From an uncultured Magnetococcales bacterium (GTDB lineage: Bacteria > Pseudomonadota > Alphaproteobacteria > UBA2136 > JAPKEQ01): a stretch of DNA of 64,000 nucleotides. The stretch lies in contig CAXHDG010000013.1 in assembly GCA_964015495.1 (NCBI GenBank), forward strand, positions 782 to 64,781, given 5' to 3'. This document shows, in pieces, positions 21,513 to 30,658 of the stretch (positions are counted from its first letter, which is position 1; every line of letters begins with the position of its first letter). The notes below the pieces were generated by a model. It made no database searches and was not told the origin of the DNA. It was given only the letters and a program-made list of their open reading frames with translations. The position numbers and the translations under genes are program-made.

Positions 21513-22817
21513 TTAAGAATCAATCGGTTCTTTGTTTTCGTCGCTTGGCATGTGTAAAACACGCTGAGGGAATGGAATTTCAATACCGTCTTGTTTGAAG
21601 CGTTTCCAAATATCCATAAATACCATGCCTTTGATATTAGAGATGCCTTCTTCTGGGTCTACAATCCAAAATCGTAGGGTAAAGTTTACGCTACTATCTG
21701 CAAAAGCTGTAATGAAGCAGGCAGGGTTTGGCGTAGTGAGAACGCGCGGATTTTCTTTGATGGTTTCGAGAAGCGCTTCTTTAACCTTTTCCATGTTGCA
21801 GTCATAAGAAACACCAACTTCCACCTCTAAGCGAACTTTGCGGTTGTTATAACTCCAGTTGACTACTTCGTATGTCATGAGGTTTTCATTTGGAATCAGA
21901 ACTTCTGTGCCATCACGCTTGCGCATAACAACGTAACGAGCACGCAGCGCAATGATCTGACCCAAGTGCTCACCAATAGTGAGGACATCTCCCGGTTTAA
22001 CAGATTTATCAGTGACGAGAATAATACCACTAATGAAGTTGGAGACAATTTTTTGTAAACCAAAACCAATACCAATACCAAGAGCACCACCAAAAAAGGC
22101 AAACATAGAGAGGTCAATACCCACAAGGTTTAGGGTAATGAGAGAGCCAAACACAATACCCATGATATTCACCATTTTGGTAATCAGAGTTCTGGCACTT
22201 GGCGTTATGTTAAGCGTTCTTTGCATGAAGGTATCAACCAGCTGCGTAAATGTAGAGACTCCCCAAATCAAAAGAACAAAAATTCCACTGACTTTAATAA
22301 TACTCCAAAGGGATAGTTTGGCCTCTCCTGCGGTAAAGCTAGCGCTATCTAAAAAGCCGATGATAGGGTCAAGCTTGTCTGTCACCATGAGGGCAAGCAT
22401 AGCCCAAAGCGCAAGTATAATAGCGCGTTTGAATGTTGGGTTAAGCGTGCTGCTCTTAAAGAAGCTAGGAATGAGCCATGCTGCTGTTCCCATAATTGTA
22501 ATGTCAATATAAACAACATCTTGACTTAGCGCTGCAGCACCTGTGCGGCAAAATGCGAGCAAAATAAGGAATGATATAAGCTTGATTTGACCGCTAATAG
22601 AGGCTTCAATTATAGGCCATCTGCTTAGCAGGGCTCTAAATGGACTAAACACAATTTTTCGAGCAATTAGGAACATGGATAGAATGATCAAAAGCTGAAG
22701 TGCTATTGGAATAAGTGAAAGAATTATTTCTTGGTGCTCTTGCCAAAAATCAGATTTCACGGCAAAGCGTCGCCATTGCATGTCTACATCTTTGATAAAG
22801 CTATTCCAGATTTCCAT
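21513..22817 (-). CDS. mechanosensitive ion channel, MscS family
   Basis: TM helices plus the conserved ...GIILVTDKSVKPGDVLTIG...GTEVLIPNENLMT...NWS beta-domain. The start (22817, or 22781) is ambiguous. Confidence 0.85.
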   Translation of the reverse strand: MEIWNSFIKDVDMQWRRFAVKSDFWQEHQEIILSLIPIALQLLIILSMFLIARKIVFSPFRALLSRWPIIEASISGQIKLISFLILLAFCRTGAAALSQDVVYIDITIMGTAAWLIPSFFKSSTLNPTFKRAIILALWAMLALMVTDKLDPIIGFLDSASFTAGEAKLSLWSIIKVSGIFVLLIWGVSTFTQLVDTFMQRTLNITPSARTLITKMVNIMGIVFGSLITLNLVGIDLSMFAFFGGALGIGIGFGLQKIVSNFISGIILVTDKSVKPGDVLTIGEHLGQIIALRARYVVMRKRDGTEVLIPNENLMTYEVVNWSYNNRKVRLEVEVGVSYDCNMEKVKEALLETIKENPRVLTTPNPACFITAFADSSVNFTLRFWIVDPEEGISNIKGMVFMDIWKRFKQDGIEIPFPQRVLHMPSDENKEPIDS

Positions 22818-22889
22818 GTAAATAAGTATGACAGAATTTTTTAAAAACACCAAACCCTGCCTTTGAAAAAGCAGGGTCTGAAAAATCGA

Positions 22890-23138
22890 TTATTCTGTGT
22901 TGTAGCGCTTGCCGATAAGGCGGATAACTTTAGGATCTTGCGCCTTATAGTGCTCAAGCTGGATAATCCAGCCTTTAATTTCTTTTCCCGTCATTTGAAT
23001 GGATTCATTTATCATGTTGTTGCGCGCTTGCTGCGGAATGTCCAAGCTGTTTACAAGAGACGTGAACTGGGTAAGGAAGTAAGGTTTGCTGCCAGCAGGA
23101 TCGCTCAATGGGCGCGGTGCGGGTGTTTGAGGTTGCAT
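22890..23138 (-). CDS. conserved hypothetical small protein (82 aa) downstream of bolA-grxD
   Basis: Intact ORF preceded by a minus-strand terminator-like hairpin (22855-22880). No recognisable motif. Confidence 0.4.
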   Translation of the reverse strand: MQPQTPAPRPLSDPAGSKPYFLTQFTSLVNSLDIPQQARNNMINESIQMTGKEIKGWIIQLEHYKAQDPKVIRLIGKRYNTE

Positions 23139-23271
23139 GTTGAAAGACTCCTTAAAAAGAGAGGGGAAACGGAAGACATGTATGAATCTTCTAGAACCTA
23201 CCTATACGCGAGCCTTCTGTCAAATATAAAGCCCCTCTTTAAAAGAGGGGCTTTATTAAAGCATAGTTTAT

Positions 23272-23589
23272 TTATGCAGCTTTAGCGCCTTCTAGAACTT
23301 CTTGTAGTTCACCGTCCCCATACATTTCTGTGCAGATATCACATCCGCCAATAAATTCACCATTTACGTAAAGCTGAGGAATTGTAGGCCAGTTTGAAAA
23401 CTCTTTAATGCCTTCGCGTACACCATCATCATCAAGTACGTTAAATGTTGTAAATTCAGCGCCGCAGAGGTTCATGATTTTTACCACTTGCGCGCTAAAT
23501 CCGCACATTGGCATATCTTTTTCGCCCTTCATGAAAAGCATGATTGGGTTTTCTTTGATCATTGTTTCGATCTGTGTTTTTGCGTCCAT
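23272..23589 (-). CDS. grxD: monothiol glutaredoxin Grx4/GrxD (CGFS type)
   Basis: CGFS active site (PMCGFSAQ). WPTIPQLYVNGEFIGGCD. Confidence 0.92.
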   Translation of the reverse strand: MDAKTQIETMIKENPIMLFMKGEKDMPMCGFSAQVVKIMNLCGAEFTTFNVLDDDGVREGIKEFSNWPTIPQLYVNGEFIGGCDICTEMYGDGELQEVLEGAKAA

Positions 23590-23607
23590 TTTTCTAAATC
23601 CTTAAGT

Positions 23608-23865
23608 TTATGAAAGTTCAAAGCCGCGCTCTTTGGCTTGCGCTGGCGTCAGTGTTGTCAGGCCAAGAGCATGAAGAGGGCCATCAAAAGCATTACCAAG
23701 CGCTGCGTACACATCGCGGTGGCGCGCCACGCGCGTTTTACCTTCAAAGCTATCACACACAACAACAGCACTAAAGTGCACGTCGTCTGGGCTTTCAACC
23801 TGAATCCAAGCGTCCGGCAATGCGGATACTAGGGTGTTCTTTAAATCATCTACTGTCATCATCAT
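23608..23865 (-). CDS. bolA: BolA-family protein
   Basis: 85 aa containing ...VHFSAVVVCDSFEGKTRVARHRDVYAAL...HALGLTTLTPAQ, the BolA signature. Paired with grxD. Confidence 0.85.
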   Translation of the reverse strand: MMMTVDDLKNTLVSALPDAWIQVESPDDVHFSAVVVCDSFEGKTRVARHRDVYAALGNAFDGPLHALGLTTLTPAQAKERGFELS

Positions 23866-23896
23866 GAAGTTAATCTATGGGAAAAAGCATTAAAAT

Positions 23897-24481
23897 TCAA
23901 GAATCTTGTACAACATTCTTTTTATACCATGCTGCAAACTCAGGGAGGGCAGTGCCCCAGAATTGCTGCTCATATGTTTTATCTCTATCTCTCAGCTCTG
24001 AAAGAGTCTCTGTTTCTCCATCTGGAATATAAAATTGATCATGCCAGCGACCAGATTTTCCAGTCGCTTTAGAGGCAATAATACCCGTTGAGCCACCTGA
24101 GAAAACAACAGGCTCTTTACCTGGCTCGCAGTAGGCAAAAGAGTGCTCCAGGCGTGCTGTGCGGTTGATTTGACCTTTCATAAGTTCCAAGAATTTTTCG
24201 GTACCAATTTGCTTGTCAAAATGTGCATTGTAAGGGCCGGGCAGGCCGCCTAGGCAATCAATATAGAGGCCGGAGTCTGACTTAAGGCAAGGTACGCCAA
24301 GTTTATCTGCTGCATACTTTGCGCTAAAAGCTGCAACATCTGCGCAGGAGCTGGCCTGTATCTCAAGTACTTTAAAGCTGGGGTCAATAATTTCAATTTG
24401 GATATGAGGCTCATCTCTAAAGAAAAATGCAAGTTCTTCTTTTTTATGAATATTGCCTGTGACGTAAGTAAGCTTGGTCAT
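23897..24481 (-). CDS. non-canonical purine NTP pyrophosphatase (Ham1/RdgB/ITPase family)
   Basis: VTGNIHKKEE matches ATGNxGKxxE. KSDSGLYIDCLGGLPGPYNA matches ADDSGLxVDxLGGAPGxYSA. C-terminal G..G....YIPDGETETLSEL. Confidence 0.7.
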   Translation of the reverse strand: MTKLTYVTGNIHKKEELAFFFRDEPHIQIEIIDPSFKVLEIQASSCADVAAFSAKYAADKLGVPCLKSDSGLYIDCLGGLPGPYNAHFDKQIGTEKFLELMKGQINRTARLEHSFAYCEPGKEPVVFSGGSTGIIASKATGKSGRWHDQFYIPDGETETLSELRDRDKTYEQQFWGTALPEFAAWYKKNVVQDS

Positions 24482-25176
24482 TATATTTTACCGTTCTCTG
24501 CAAAGCTGTAATGGCCTTTTTTACCAATGATAAGATGATCGTGGAGGGTGATGTCCATAATCATGCCGGCTTGTGCAATGCGCATGGTCACTTCTTCGTC
24601 TTCAGGGCTTGGCGATGTGTCTCCGCTGGGGTGGTTGTGAGCAATGATAAGCGCGGATGCTCCGTGGGCGAGGGCTTTACGAATGACCTCCTTGGGGTAA
24701 ACAGCAGAGCCTGTGGTTGAGCCTTTAAAGAGCGTTTCATCTGCAATAAGGCCATTTTTAGCATCAAAAAATAGGGCGTGGAATTCTTCATGCTTTAAGC
24801 TATCCATACGAGAGTGGAGGTATTGAATAACGGCGTCCAAATTATTCATATGCGGCTTTTCTTGGAGTTTGGATTTGCTGGTGTGAACCCCAAGAGCGCT
24901 ACATAAAATAAGAAGAGATGCCACATGGTTACCTATTCCATCTACTGCAGTCAGCTCATGTTTTTCGGCTTCAAATACTTTGGCAAGGGAGCCAAAATGT
25001 AAAATAAGACCTTTGGCAATGGGTTTAACGTCACGGCGCGGTATGGCATAAGTGAGAAGAAGTTCTAAAAGTTCATAATCAGCAAGGCCGTCTACGCCTA
25101 GAGATGCAAAACGATCCTTCAAGCGCGCACGGTGGCCCTCAAAGTGGTTTTTCTGTTCTTTAACTTTTAGTGCTTT
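24481..25176 (-). CDS. radC: RadC-family JAB/MPN domain protein
   Basis: N-terminal HhH region (GHRARLKDRF...LADYELLELLL). JAMM motif HNHPSGDTSPSPED. The start was taken at MKALKV. Confidence 0.85.
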   Translation of the reverse strand, partial: KALKVKEQKNHFEGHRARLKDRFASLGVDGLADYELLELLLTYAIPRRDVKPIAKGLILHFGSLAKVFEAEKHELTAVDGIGNHVASLLILCSALGVHTSKSKLQEKPHMNNLDAVIQYLHSRMDSLKHEEFHALFFDAKNGLIADETLFKGSTTGSAVYPKEVIRKALAHGASALIIAHNHPSGDTSPSPEDEEVTMRIAQAGMIMDITLHDHLIIGKKGHYSFAENGKI

Positions 25177-25248
25177 CATAATAAAAGAGTATGCCACGAT
25201 TATAGATAGGGACAAAGAAAAACCCCCGCTATTCAAGCGGGGATTTTT

Positions 25249-26037
25249 TTAAAGATCTAAATTGTCTGTATAACCTTCAGGGGATTTTGTGAGAATATCA
25301 GATCCGCCTTCTGTGACGGCAATGGTGTGCTCGTACTGGGCGCTATTTTTGCGGTCCTGGGTGCGCACGGTCCAGTCATCTTCCATAACTTCGCCTTCAT
25401 AGGTACCAATGTTGATCATCGGTTCAATGGTGAATGTTGAGCCTTTACGCAGACGGATATGCTGGCGCGGGTCGCCGCTGTAGTAGTGAAGCACCATCGG
25501 GTCTTCATGGAATACACGCCCAAGCCCATGGCCGCAATAATCGCGGACAACGCCGTAGCCAAGCGCTTCAGCTTTAGTTTGAATCGTTTTACCAATTTCA
25601 TCAAGGAAGCTACCGCTTTTAACAGTACCAATGGCGTCCATCATACAGGTATATGCCGTGCGCATAAGGAGTCGATTTTCTTCGCTTACATCTCCAACAG
25701 GATACATGCGAGATGTGTCACCATGGTAGCCATCAAGAATAGCAGTTACATCAATATTGATGATGTCGCCTTCCTTTAAAATATCTTCTTCAGATGGAAT
25801 GCCGTGGCAAATAACGTCATTAATGCTGGTGCAGCAAGATTTAGGGAAGCCTTTGTAGCCAAGTGTTGCTGGTACAGCATTATGCTTAATCATGAATTCA
25901 TGGCAAAGTTGGTCAATTTTTTCTGTGCTAATACCCGGCTTAATATGCGGGGTGATCATATCCAATGTACGTGCGGCAAGTTCGCTTGCTGCTGCCATTT
26001 TTTTGAGTTCTACACTGTTCTTTGGTTTGATGCGCAC
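25249..26037 (-). CDS. map: type I methionine aminopeptidase
   Basis: The five metal ligands lie in a conserved pita-bread context (...DVICHGIP..., ...GHGLGRVFHE..., ...FTIEPMIN...). Confidence 0.95.
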   Translation of the reverse strand: MRIKPKNSVELKKMAAASELAARTLDMITPHIKPGISTEKIDQLCHEFMIKHNAVPATLGYKGFPKSCCTSINDVICHGIPSEEDILKEGDIINIDVTAILDGYHGDTSRMYPVGDVSEENRLLMRTAYTCMMDAIGTVKSGSFLDEIGKTIQTKAEALGYGVVRDYCGHGLGRVFHEDPMVLHYYSGDPRQHIRLRKGSTFTIEPMINIGTYEGEVMEDDWTVRTQDRKNSAQYEHTIAVTEGGSDILTKSPEGYTDNLDL

Positions 26038-26042
26038 AATAT

Positions 26043-26741
26043 TTAAACCTTAATTGGAATTTCTTTATCAATAATAATTTCGTTTGGGCTGATGCGTACC
26101 TTCATGCAAACTGCCTCAACACCTTCTTTTAACACAGACCTAAAGGTTTCGCCATACACCTTATCAATCTCATCAGCCACGCTAAATTCTTCACAGTCTG
26201 CACGGTTGCAGAGAAATACCATTACGGAGCGATGCCCTTGTTTTACCATCTCGGCAAGTTCAAGCAAATGTTTTGTACCACGACTTGTGACCGAATCTGG
26301 AAAGAGGGCTGTTTTGCCTTCTGCAAGGGTTGTATTTTTAACTTCCACGTAGCATTTAGGTTTACCTTCAGATTCAAGAAGCAAATCAATGCGGCTGTTT
26401 TCACCATATTTTACTTCACGCCTGATATTTGAGTAACCAAGGAGTGCAGGAATCAAATCTTTTTCAACACCTTCTTCAACAATCTTATTGGGTAGGGACG
26501 TGTTTACGCCCACAAGGCTTGTACCTGTGTCTATCATCTCAAACGTATATTTAAGTTTACGTTTTGGGTCACTGTTAGGGGTGAGGTAAACAGGCGCGCC
26601 TTCTATAATAAGGCCCTTCATTGAACCTGTGTTTGGGCAGTGCGCCACAATAGTTTCACCATTTTCAAGCTTTGCATCTACAAAAAAACGTTTATAGCGC
26701 TTAATGAAGGTGCCTTTAATGAGCTGCGTTGTAAATTCCAT
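26043..26741 (-). CDS. sfsA: sugar fermentation stimulation protein SfsA
   Basis: N-terminus MEFTTQLIKGTFIKRYKRFFVDAKLENGE...AHCPNTGSM is characteristic of SfsA. Confidence 0.9.
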   Translation of the reverse strand: MEFTTQLIKGTFIKRYKRFFVDAKLENGETIVAHCPNTGSMKGLIIEGAPVYLTPNSDPKRKLKYTFEMIDTGTSLVGVNTSLPNKIVEEGVEKDLIPALLGYSNIRREVKYGENSRIDLLLESEGKPKCYVEVKNTTLAEGKTALFPDSVTSRGTKHLLELAEMVKQGHRSVMVFLCNRADCEEFSVADEIDKVYGETFRSVLKEGVEAVCMKVRISPNEIIIDKEIPIKV

Positions 26742-26852
26742 GAAAACAATGTAATGCGCACAGCTTGCAAGGTCTAGAAAAATTCTCTATAAAGAAGAAA
26801 GTTCTGATATCTTATTTCTATCTTTATAAAATCTTATGAGAGGAAAGCGAAT

Positions 26853-27347
26853 ATGCAAAATCCTGATCTTAAAAATTACCGCCCCGGTGCAATTGCTGTT
26901 TTGTTTGATGATAACGGCCACGTTTTTATTGCGGAGCGTGCAGACAGCCCAGGCTCCTGGCAATTGCCGCAAGGCGGCGTTGATGAGGGCGAAGATGCTT
27001 ACGCCGCAGTGGTACGTGAGCTGTTTGAAGAGACCTCTGTTGTTGAGGCTGACCTTGTTCAATTAGGCGCATCTGACTTTTGGACCTCTTACGATTGGCC
27101 TGCTGATTTTAAAGAGCGGATGCTGAAACGCAAACCCGAATGCGCGCACCTGAAAGGCGCCTGCCACCAATGGTTCTTTTTCCGCTATACAGGCGATAAA
27201 GACGCTATTGATGTGACGACGGCGCAGGATAAAGAATTCCGCGCCAGCAATTGGGTGAAGCCAGAAGAGATCGTCCGCGATGTGGATCCCATGCGCCGCG
27301 ACGGCTACGTAAAAGCCTTTGCGTTTTGGAATAGCTGTAAAGATTAA
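26853..27347 (+). CDS. rppH: RNA pyrophosphohydrolase (Nudix; RppH/NudH)
   Basis: Nudix box GGVDEGEDAYAAVVRELFEETSV. N-terminal YRPGAIAVLF. Confidence 0.85.
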   Translation: MQNPDLKNYRPGAIAVLFDDNGHVFIAERADSPGSWQLPQGGVDEGEDAYAAVVRELFEETSVVEADLVQLGASDFWTSYDWPADFKERMLKRKPECAHLKGACHQWFFFRYTGDKDAIDVTTAQDKEFRASNWVKPEEIVRDVDPMRRDGYVKAFAFWNSCKD

Positions 27348-27355
27348 AAACGAAA

Positions 27356-27386
27356 AAAGCCCCTGCGTAATTTAGGGGCTTTTTGT
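27356..27386 (+). terminator. intrinsic terminator after rppH
   Basis: agcccct-gcgtaattt-aggggct plus T-run. Confidence 0.7.
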
Positions 27387-27473
27387 ATATATGTTTGACA
27401 GGGCTGGATGCTTTGTATACTTATTGTGATAGCTTCTATCTTTTCTTTACATTTTTTCTAGGGAGTTTTTCCT

Positions 27474-27857
27474 ATGATGATTTCTATTCTTTTGATTCTA
27501 GCCTTTGGGCTTTTTGCTGGCTGGCTAATTTGGGGAAAGAGCACTCCGTTTAAAACTGATAAGCCAGTAAGTAAGTCTTGGTATTGGGTGTCGCCCGCGG
27601 TTGGCTTTTTGATAGGCCTTTCACTTGCACTGGCGACGATTTCTTCTCGTGATGGCTGGGATGAGTTCTATATCATTTTTGTCCTGTATTTTGGGTTTTG
27701 GATTCCAGGGCTCTTGATTATTCCTTTTATTGGAAATCAGGTAAACCCTTCTCCTGCATGGGGATGGATTGGTTCTGTAATCGGCTTTCCTGCTGCCTTT
27801 GTTGCTGCAACAGCTCTAGGTGTTGCTTTGTCTTTTGTTTTTGGAAACGGGTTTTAA
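27474..27857 (+). CDS. small polytopic membrane protein (paralogue A)
   Basis: Four predicted TM helices. The C-terminal WIGSVIGFPAAFVAATALGVAL resembles the C-terminus of the next ORF. Confidence 0.5.
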   Translation: MMISILLILAFGLFAGWLIWGKSTPFKTDKPVSKSWYWVSPAVGFLIGLSLALATISSRDGWDEFYIIFVLYFGFWIPGLLIIPFIGNQVNPSPAWGWIGSVIGFPAAFVAATALGVALSFVFGNGF

Positions 27858-27966
27858 TCGACCCGCAAAAAGCCTCTGATTTTTTTTGGGGGGTACATAT
27901 GTATTGGACAGGGTTAGCTGTACTGTATACATAGCTTTCTTTCATGTTTTCTCAGGAGTACATCAC

Positions 27967-28266
27967 ATGAAATATTGGTTTATGCCAATTATCGGTGCTT
28001 TATTAGCTGTTCTGAATGTTTGGAATGTACAAGCAAGTGCAGCTGATGGCCTTAATGGCCTAAATATTCTGCTTCCCGCAATTGCGTTTCTTGGCTTTGG
28101 CCCTTTGGCTATAATTTTTGTGGCGATGGGCAAGAGAAGCCAAAATGATGCATTGAAATGGTTCGGCTCATTTTTTGGGTTCTTTGCAGCATTTACTGGT
28201 GTTTGTGCACTGGCAACAATGTTTACACTTATTGTTGTTGCGATTTTCTTGCCTCTCACGTCTTAG
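27967..28266 (+). CDS. small polytopic membrane protein (paralogue B)
   Basis: AGGAG RBS 9 nt before ATG 27967. C-terminal WFGSFFGFFAAFTGVCALATM is similar to paralogue A. Confidence 0.5.
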   Translation: MKYWFMPIIGALLAVLNVWNVQASAADGLNGLNILLPAIAFLGFGPLAIIFVAMGKRSQNDALKWFGSFFGFFAAFTGVCALATMFTLIVVAIFLPLTS

Positions 28267-28276
28267 TATGTAATCG

Positions 28277-28306
28277 AAAAAGCCCTCCGTAAAGGAGGGC
28301 TTTTTG
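28277..28306. terminator. bidirectional intrinsic terminator
   Basis: agccctcc-gtaaa-ggagggct flanked by A-run and T-run. It separates convergent genes. Confidence 0.7.
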
Positions 28307-28322
28307 TATGCGCTATGAAAAA

Positions 28323-28799
28323 TTACTTTTTCTTAGCAGGAGCCTTTTTAGCGGCAGGCTTCTTGGGTGCTGGCTTTTTAGCTGGTGCTTTTTTGGCAGC
28401 AGGTTTTTTAGCTGGCGCTGCTTTCTTTGCAACTGTTTTAGGGGCTGCTTTTTTTACTGCAGGTGCGGCAGTAGGTTTAGCAATAGGCTTCGCTTCTGTT
28501 TTTTGAGCAGCAGCTGTCATGCCAGCAAGCTTTTCCATAGCGACCGCTGTGCGCTCAGAGTTTTCTTTAATATCCATCATCATGAATAGAATTCCAAATG
28601 TGAATGCAAAAGCAACAAAAGCGATAGCAACTGTCACAACAGCAGAAATAAAGCCGACAATAAAGCCGCCAGTTGTAATCCATGTGCCGAAGAAGATAAG
28701 GATAAGAGCACCAGCAACCAGCACGCCGCTAAGTGTTTCTAGTACGGTGAACAGAAGATCACGGATGCATTTATTTTGTTCTTTAATTTGGTCAAGCAT
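28323..28799 (-). CDS. membrane protein with a histone H1-like Lys/Ala/Pro-rich (AKKP-repeat) C-terminal tail
   Basis: N-terminal two to three TM helices (VLVAGALILIFFGTWITTGGFIVGFISAVVTVAIAFVAF). C-terminal ...KKAAPKTVAKKAAPAKKPAAKKAPAKKPAPKKPAAKKAPAKKK. The DNA shows tandem gctggcttttttagc-type repeats. Confidence 0.6.
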   Translation of the reverse strand: MLDQIKEQNKCIRDLLFTVLETLSGVLVAGALILIFFGTWITTGGFIVGFISAVVTVAIAFVAFAFTFGILFMMMDIKENSERTAVAMEKLAGMTAAAQKTEAKPIAKPTAAPAVKKAAPKTVAKKAAPAKKPAAKKAPAKKPAPKKPAAKKAPAKKK

Positions 28800-28829
28800 G
28801 GGTTTGCCCTTTCCTTGTTTTATATATGT

Positions 28830-30536
28830 TTAGTAGCTACGTACGGCAGGTGCGTATTTAGGGTTACCTGTTGTACGGACCTCTTCGTAATCAAGCTCAA
28901 TACCATTTTTGTTGTGGTTCCAGCTTGCAATAGAATGTTTCATCCAGTTTTCATCATCACGATCTGGGTATTCTTCACGTGTATGTGCACCGCGAGATTC
29001 TTTACGTGCAATTGCACTTTCAACAGTACCTTCCGCAAGGATGATAAGGTTACCAAGCTCAATTGTTGTAAGGAGATCAGTATTGAACTCATCAGCTTTA
29101 TCATCCACGTAAACTTTTTCAAAGTCACTCTTGGCTTTTTCAACGGATTTACGTGCTTTAAGTAGTGTTTTTTCCTCACGGAAAACGTTGCAGTACATAT
29201 CAAGATCTTTAGTGAGTTTCTCACGGATGTCGTGCGCGCGTACGCCACCTTCTTTTTTGCGGGCTTTAAGGTTAGCCACGTCGCGCTGGACGTTTGCAAG
29301 GTCAGATGTATCAGTTGCTGGCTGCGCTTTGCCTTCTTCAGTCATGTAGCGCACCATCTCTTTACCGGTAATTTTACCAAACACAATACCTTCAAGCAGA
29401 GAGTTAGCTCCAAGGCGGTTTGAGCCGTGCACGCTCACGCAAGCCGCTTCACCAGCAGCAAAAAGGCCGGGGAGGTAATTGCTCATGCCTAGTTTGTCTG
29501 TGCGGATACCACCCATTGTGTAGTGGCATGTTGGCTTAACTGGAATTGGCGCATCAATTGGATCTACGCCTTCAAAGTCAATTGAAAGCTGACGGATTTG
29601 CGGAAGACGCTCAAGGATAAGTTCTTTACCAAGGTGGCGTACATCAAGGAAGATCGCACCGTCTTCACCATTGCCGTTCATAATTTCCATCATTTCAGAG
29701 CGAGAGACAACATCGCGAGAGGCAAGCTCTAGCTTATTAGGTGCGTATTTCTGCATGAAACGTTTACCGTCTTTACCAATAAGGTAAGCACCTTCACCAC
29801 GTACACCCTCACTAATGAGGATACCTGATGATTTAAGCCCTGTTGGGTGGAACTGTACAAACTCAAGGTCTGCTGCTGGTGCGCCTGCTTTCATAGCAAG
29901 GGCAATGCCGTCACCAGTGTTGATCATGGCGTTGGTGTTGGAGTGGAAAAGGCGGCCATAACCACCTGTTGCAATCAGAATAGACTTAGAAGCAAACTGC
30001 TCAATTTTACCTGTTGCAATGTTAACAGCAATAGCGCCAGATGCGCGGCCGCTTTTTTTATCTACGGTAATTTCAAGAAGGTGATACTCGTCAAAAACTT
30101 GTACGCCGTTTTTAATAGATTGTTCCCATAGGGTATGAAGCATAGCGTGCCCTGTACGGTCAGCTGCATATGCTGTACGTGGGAAGCTTGCACCACCAAA
30201 GGCGCGCTGTGCGATAGAACCATCGTCTTCGCGTGAGAATGGGCAGCCCATATCATCAAGGTCGAGTACAGCTTGAGGCGCTTCTTTACACATAATGTCG
30301 ATTGAGTCTTGATCACCAAGATAGTCAGATCCCTTTACCGTATCGTAGGCATGATCTTCCCAGTTATCTTGTTTGTTAATCGCGGCATTTACACCGCCCT
30401 GGGCTGCGCAAGAGTGAGAACGAAGTGGGTGAACTTTAGTGATAACGGCAACGCTGAGACCAGCTGTGATGCCTTCAAATGCAGCGCGAAGACCCGCAAG
30501 GCCAGCGCCGACAATCAACATGTCATGCTTATGCAT
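28830..30536 (-). CDS. sdhA: succinate dehydrogenase/fumarate reductase flavoprotein subunit
   Basis: FAD-binding GAGLAGLRAA. Covalent-FAD His context RSHSCAAQGG. HYTMGGI. C-terminal ...PAVRSY, like SdhA ...RTY. No sdhB/C/D genes are adjacent. Confidence 0.85.
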   Translation of the reverse strand: MHKHDMLIVGAGLAGLRAAFEGITAGLSVAVITKVHPLRSHSCAAQGGVNAAINKQDNWEDHAYDTVKGSDYLGDQDSIDIMCKEAPQAVLDLDDMGCPFSREDDGSIAQRAFGGASFPRTAYAADRTGHAMLHTLWEQSIKNGVQVFDEYHLLEITVDKKSGRASGAIAVNIATGKIEQFASKSILIATGGYGRLFHSNTNAMINTGDGIALAMKAGAPAADLEFVQFHPTGLKSSGILISEGVRGEGAYLIGKDGKRFMQKYAPNKLELASRDVVSRSEMMEIMNGNGEDGAIFLDVRHLGKELILERLPQIRQLSIDFEGVDPIDAPIPVKPTCHYTMGGIRTDKLGMSNYLPGLFAAGEAACVSVHGSNRLGANSLLEGIVFGKITGKEMVRYMTEEGKAQPATDTSDLANVQRDVANLKARKKEGGVRAHDIREKLTKDLDMYCNVFREEKTLLKARKSVEKAKSDFEKVYVDDKADEFNTDLLTTIELGNLIILAEGTVESAIARKESRGAHTREEYPDRDDENWMKHSIASWNHNKNGIELDYEEVRTTGNPKYAPAVRSY

Positions 30537-30658
30537 AAGGTATATGCCTTCTTGTTTTTATAATTTTTATGAAGTGTATCTTACACGTCTTTATAAACAG
30601 TCTCAAGCATGGTTTTCTTTCTTTGTTTAAACAGATGAAGTGCAGTATAGTGGAGCCT

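Noticed and set aside
21380-21583. 67-aa ORF in the ligA-mscS spacer
   Set aside because: No RBS and no motif. The region is more plausibly non-coding (see the sRNA-candidate finding).
28315-28506. Plus-strand ORF encoding LAGAFLAAGFL repeats
   Set aside because: Mirror frame of the AKKP-repeat tail gene on the minus strand. The minus-strand gene has TM domain plus terminator context.
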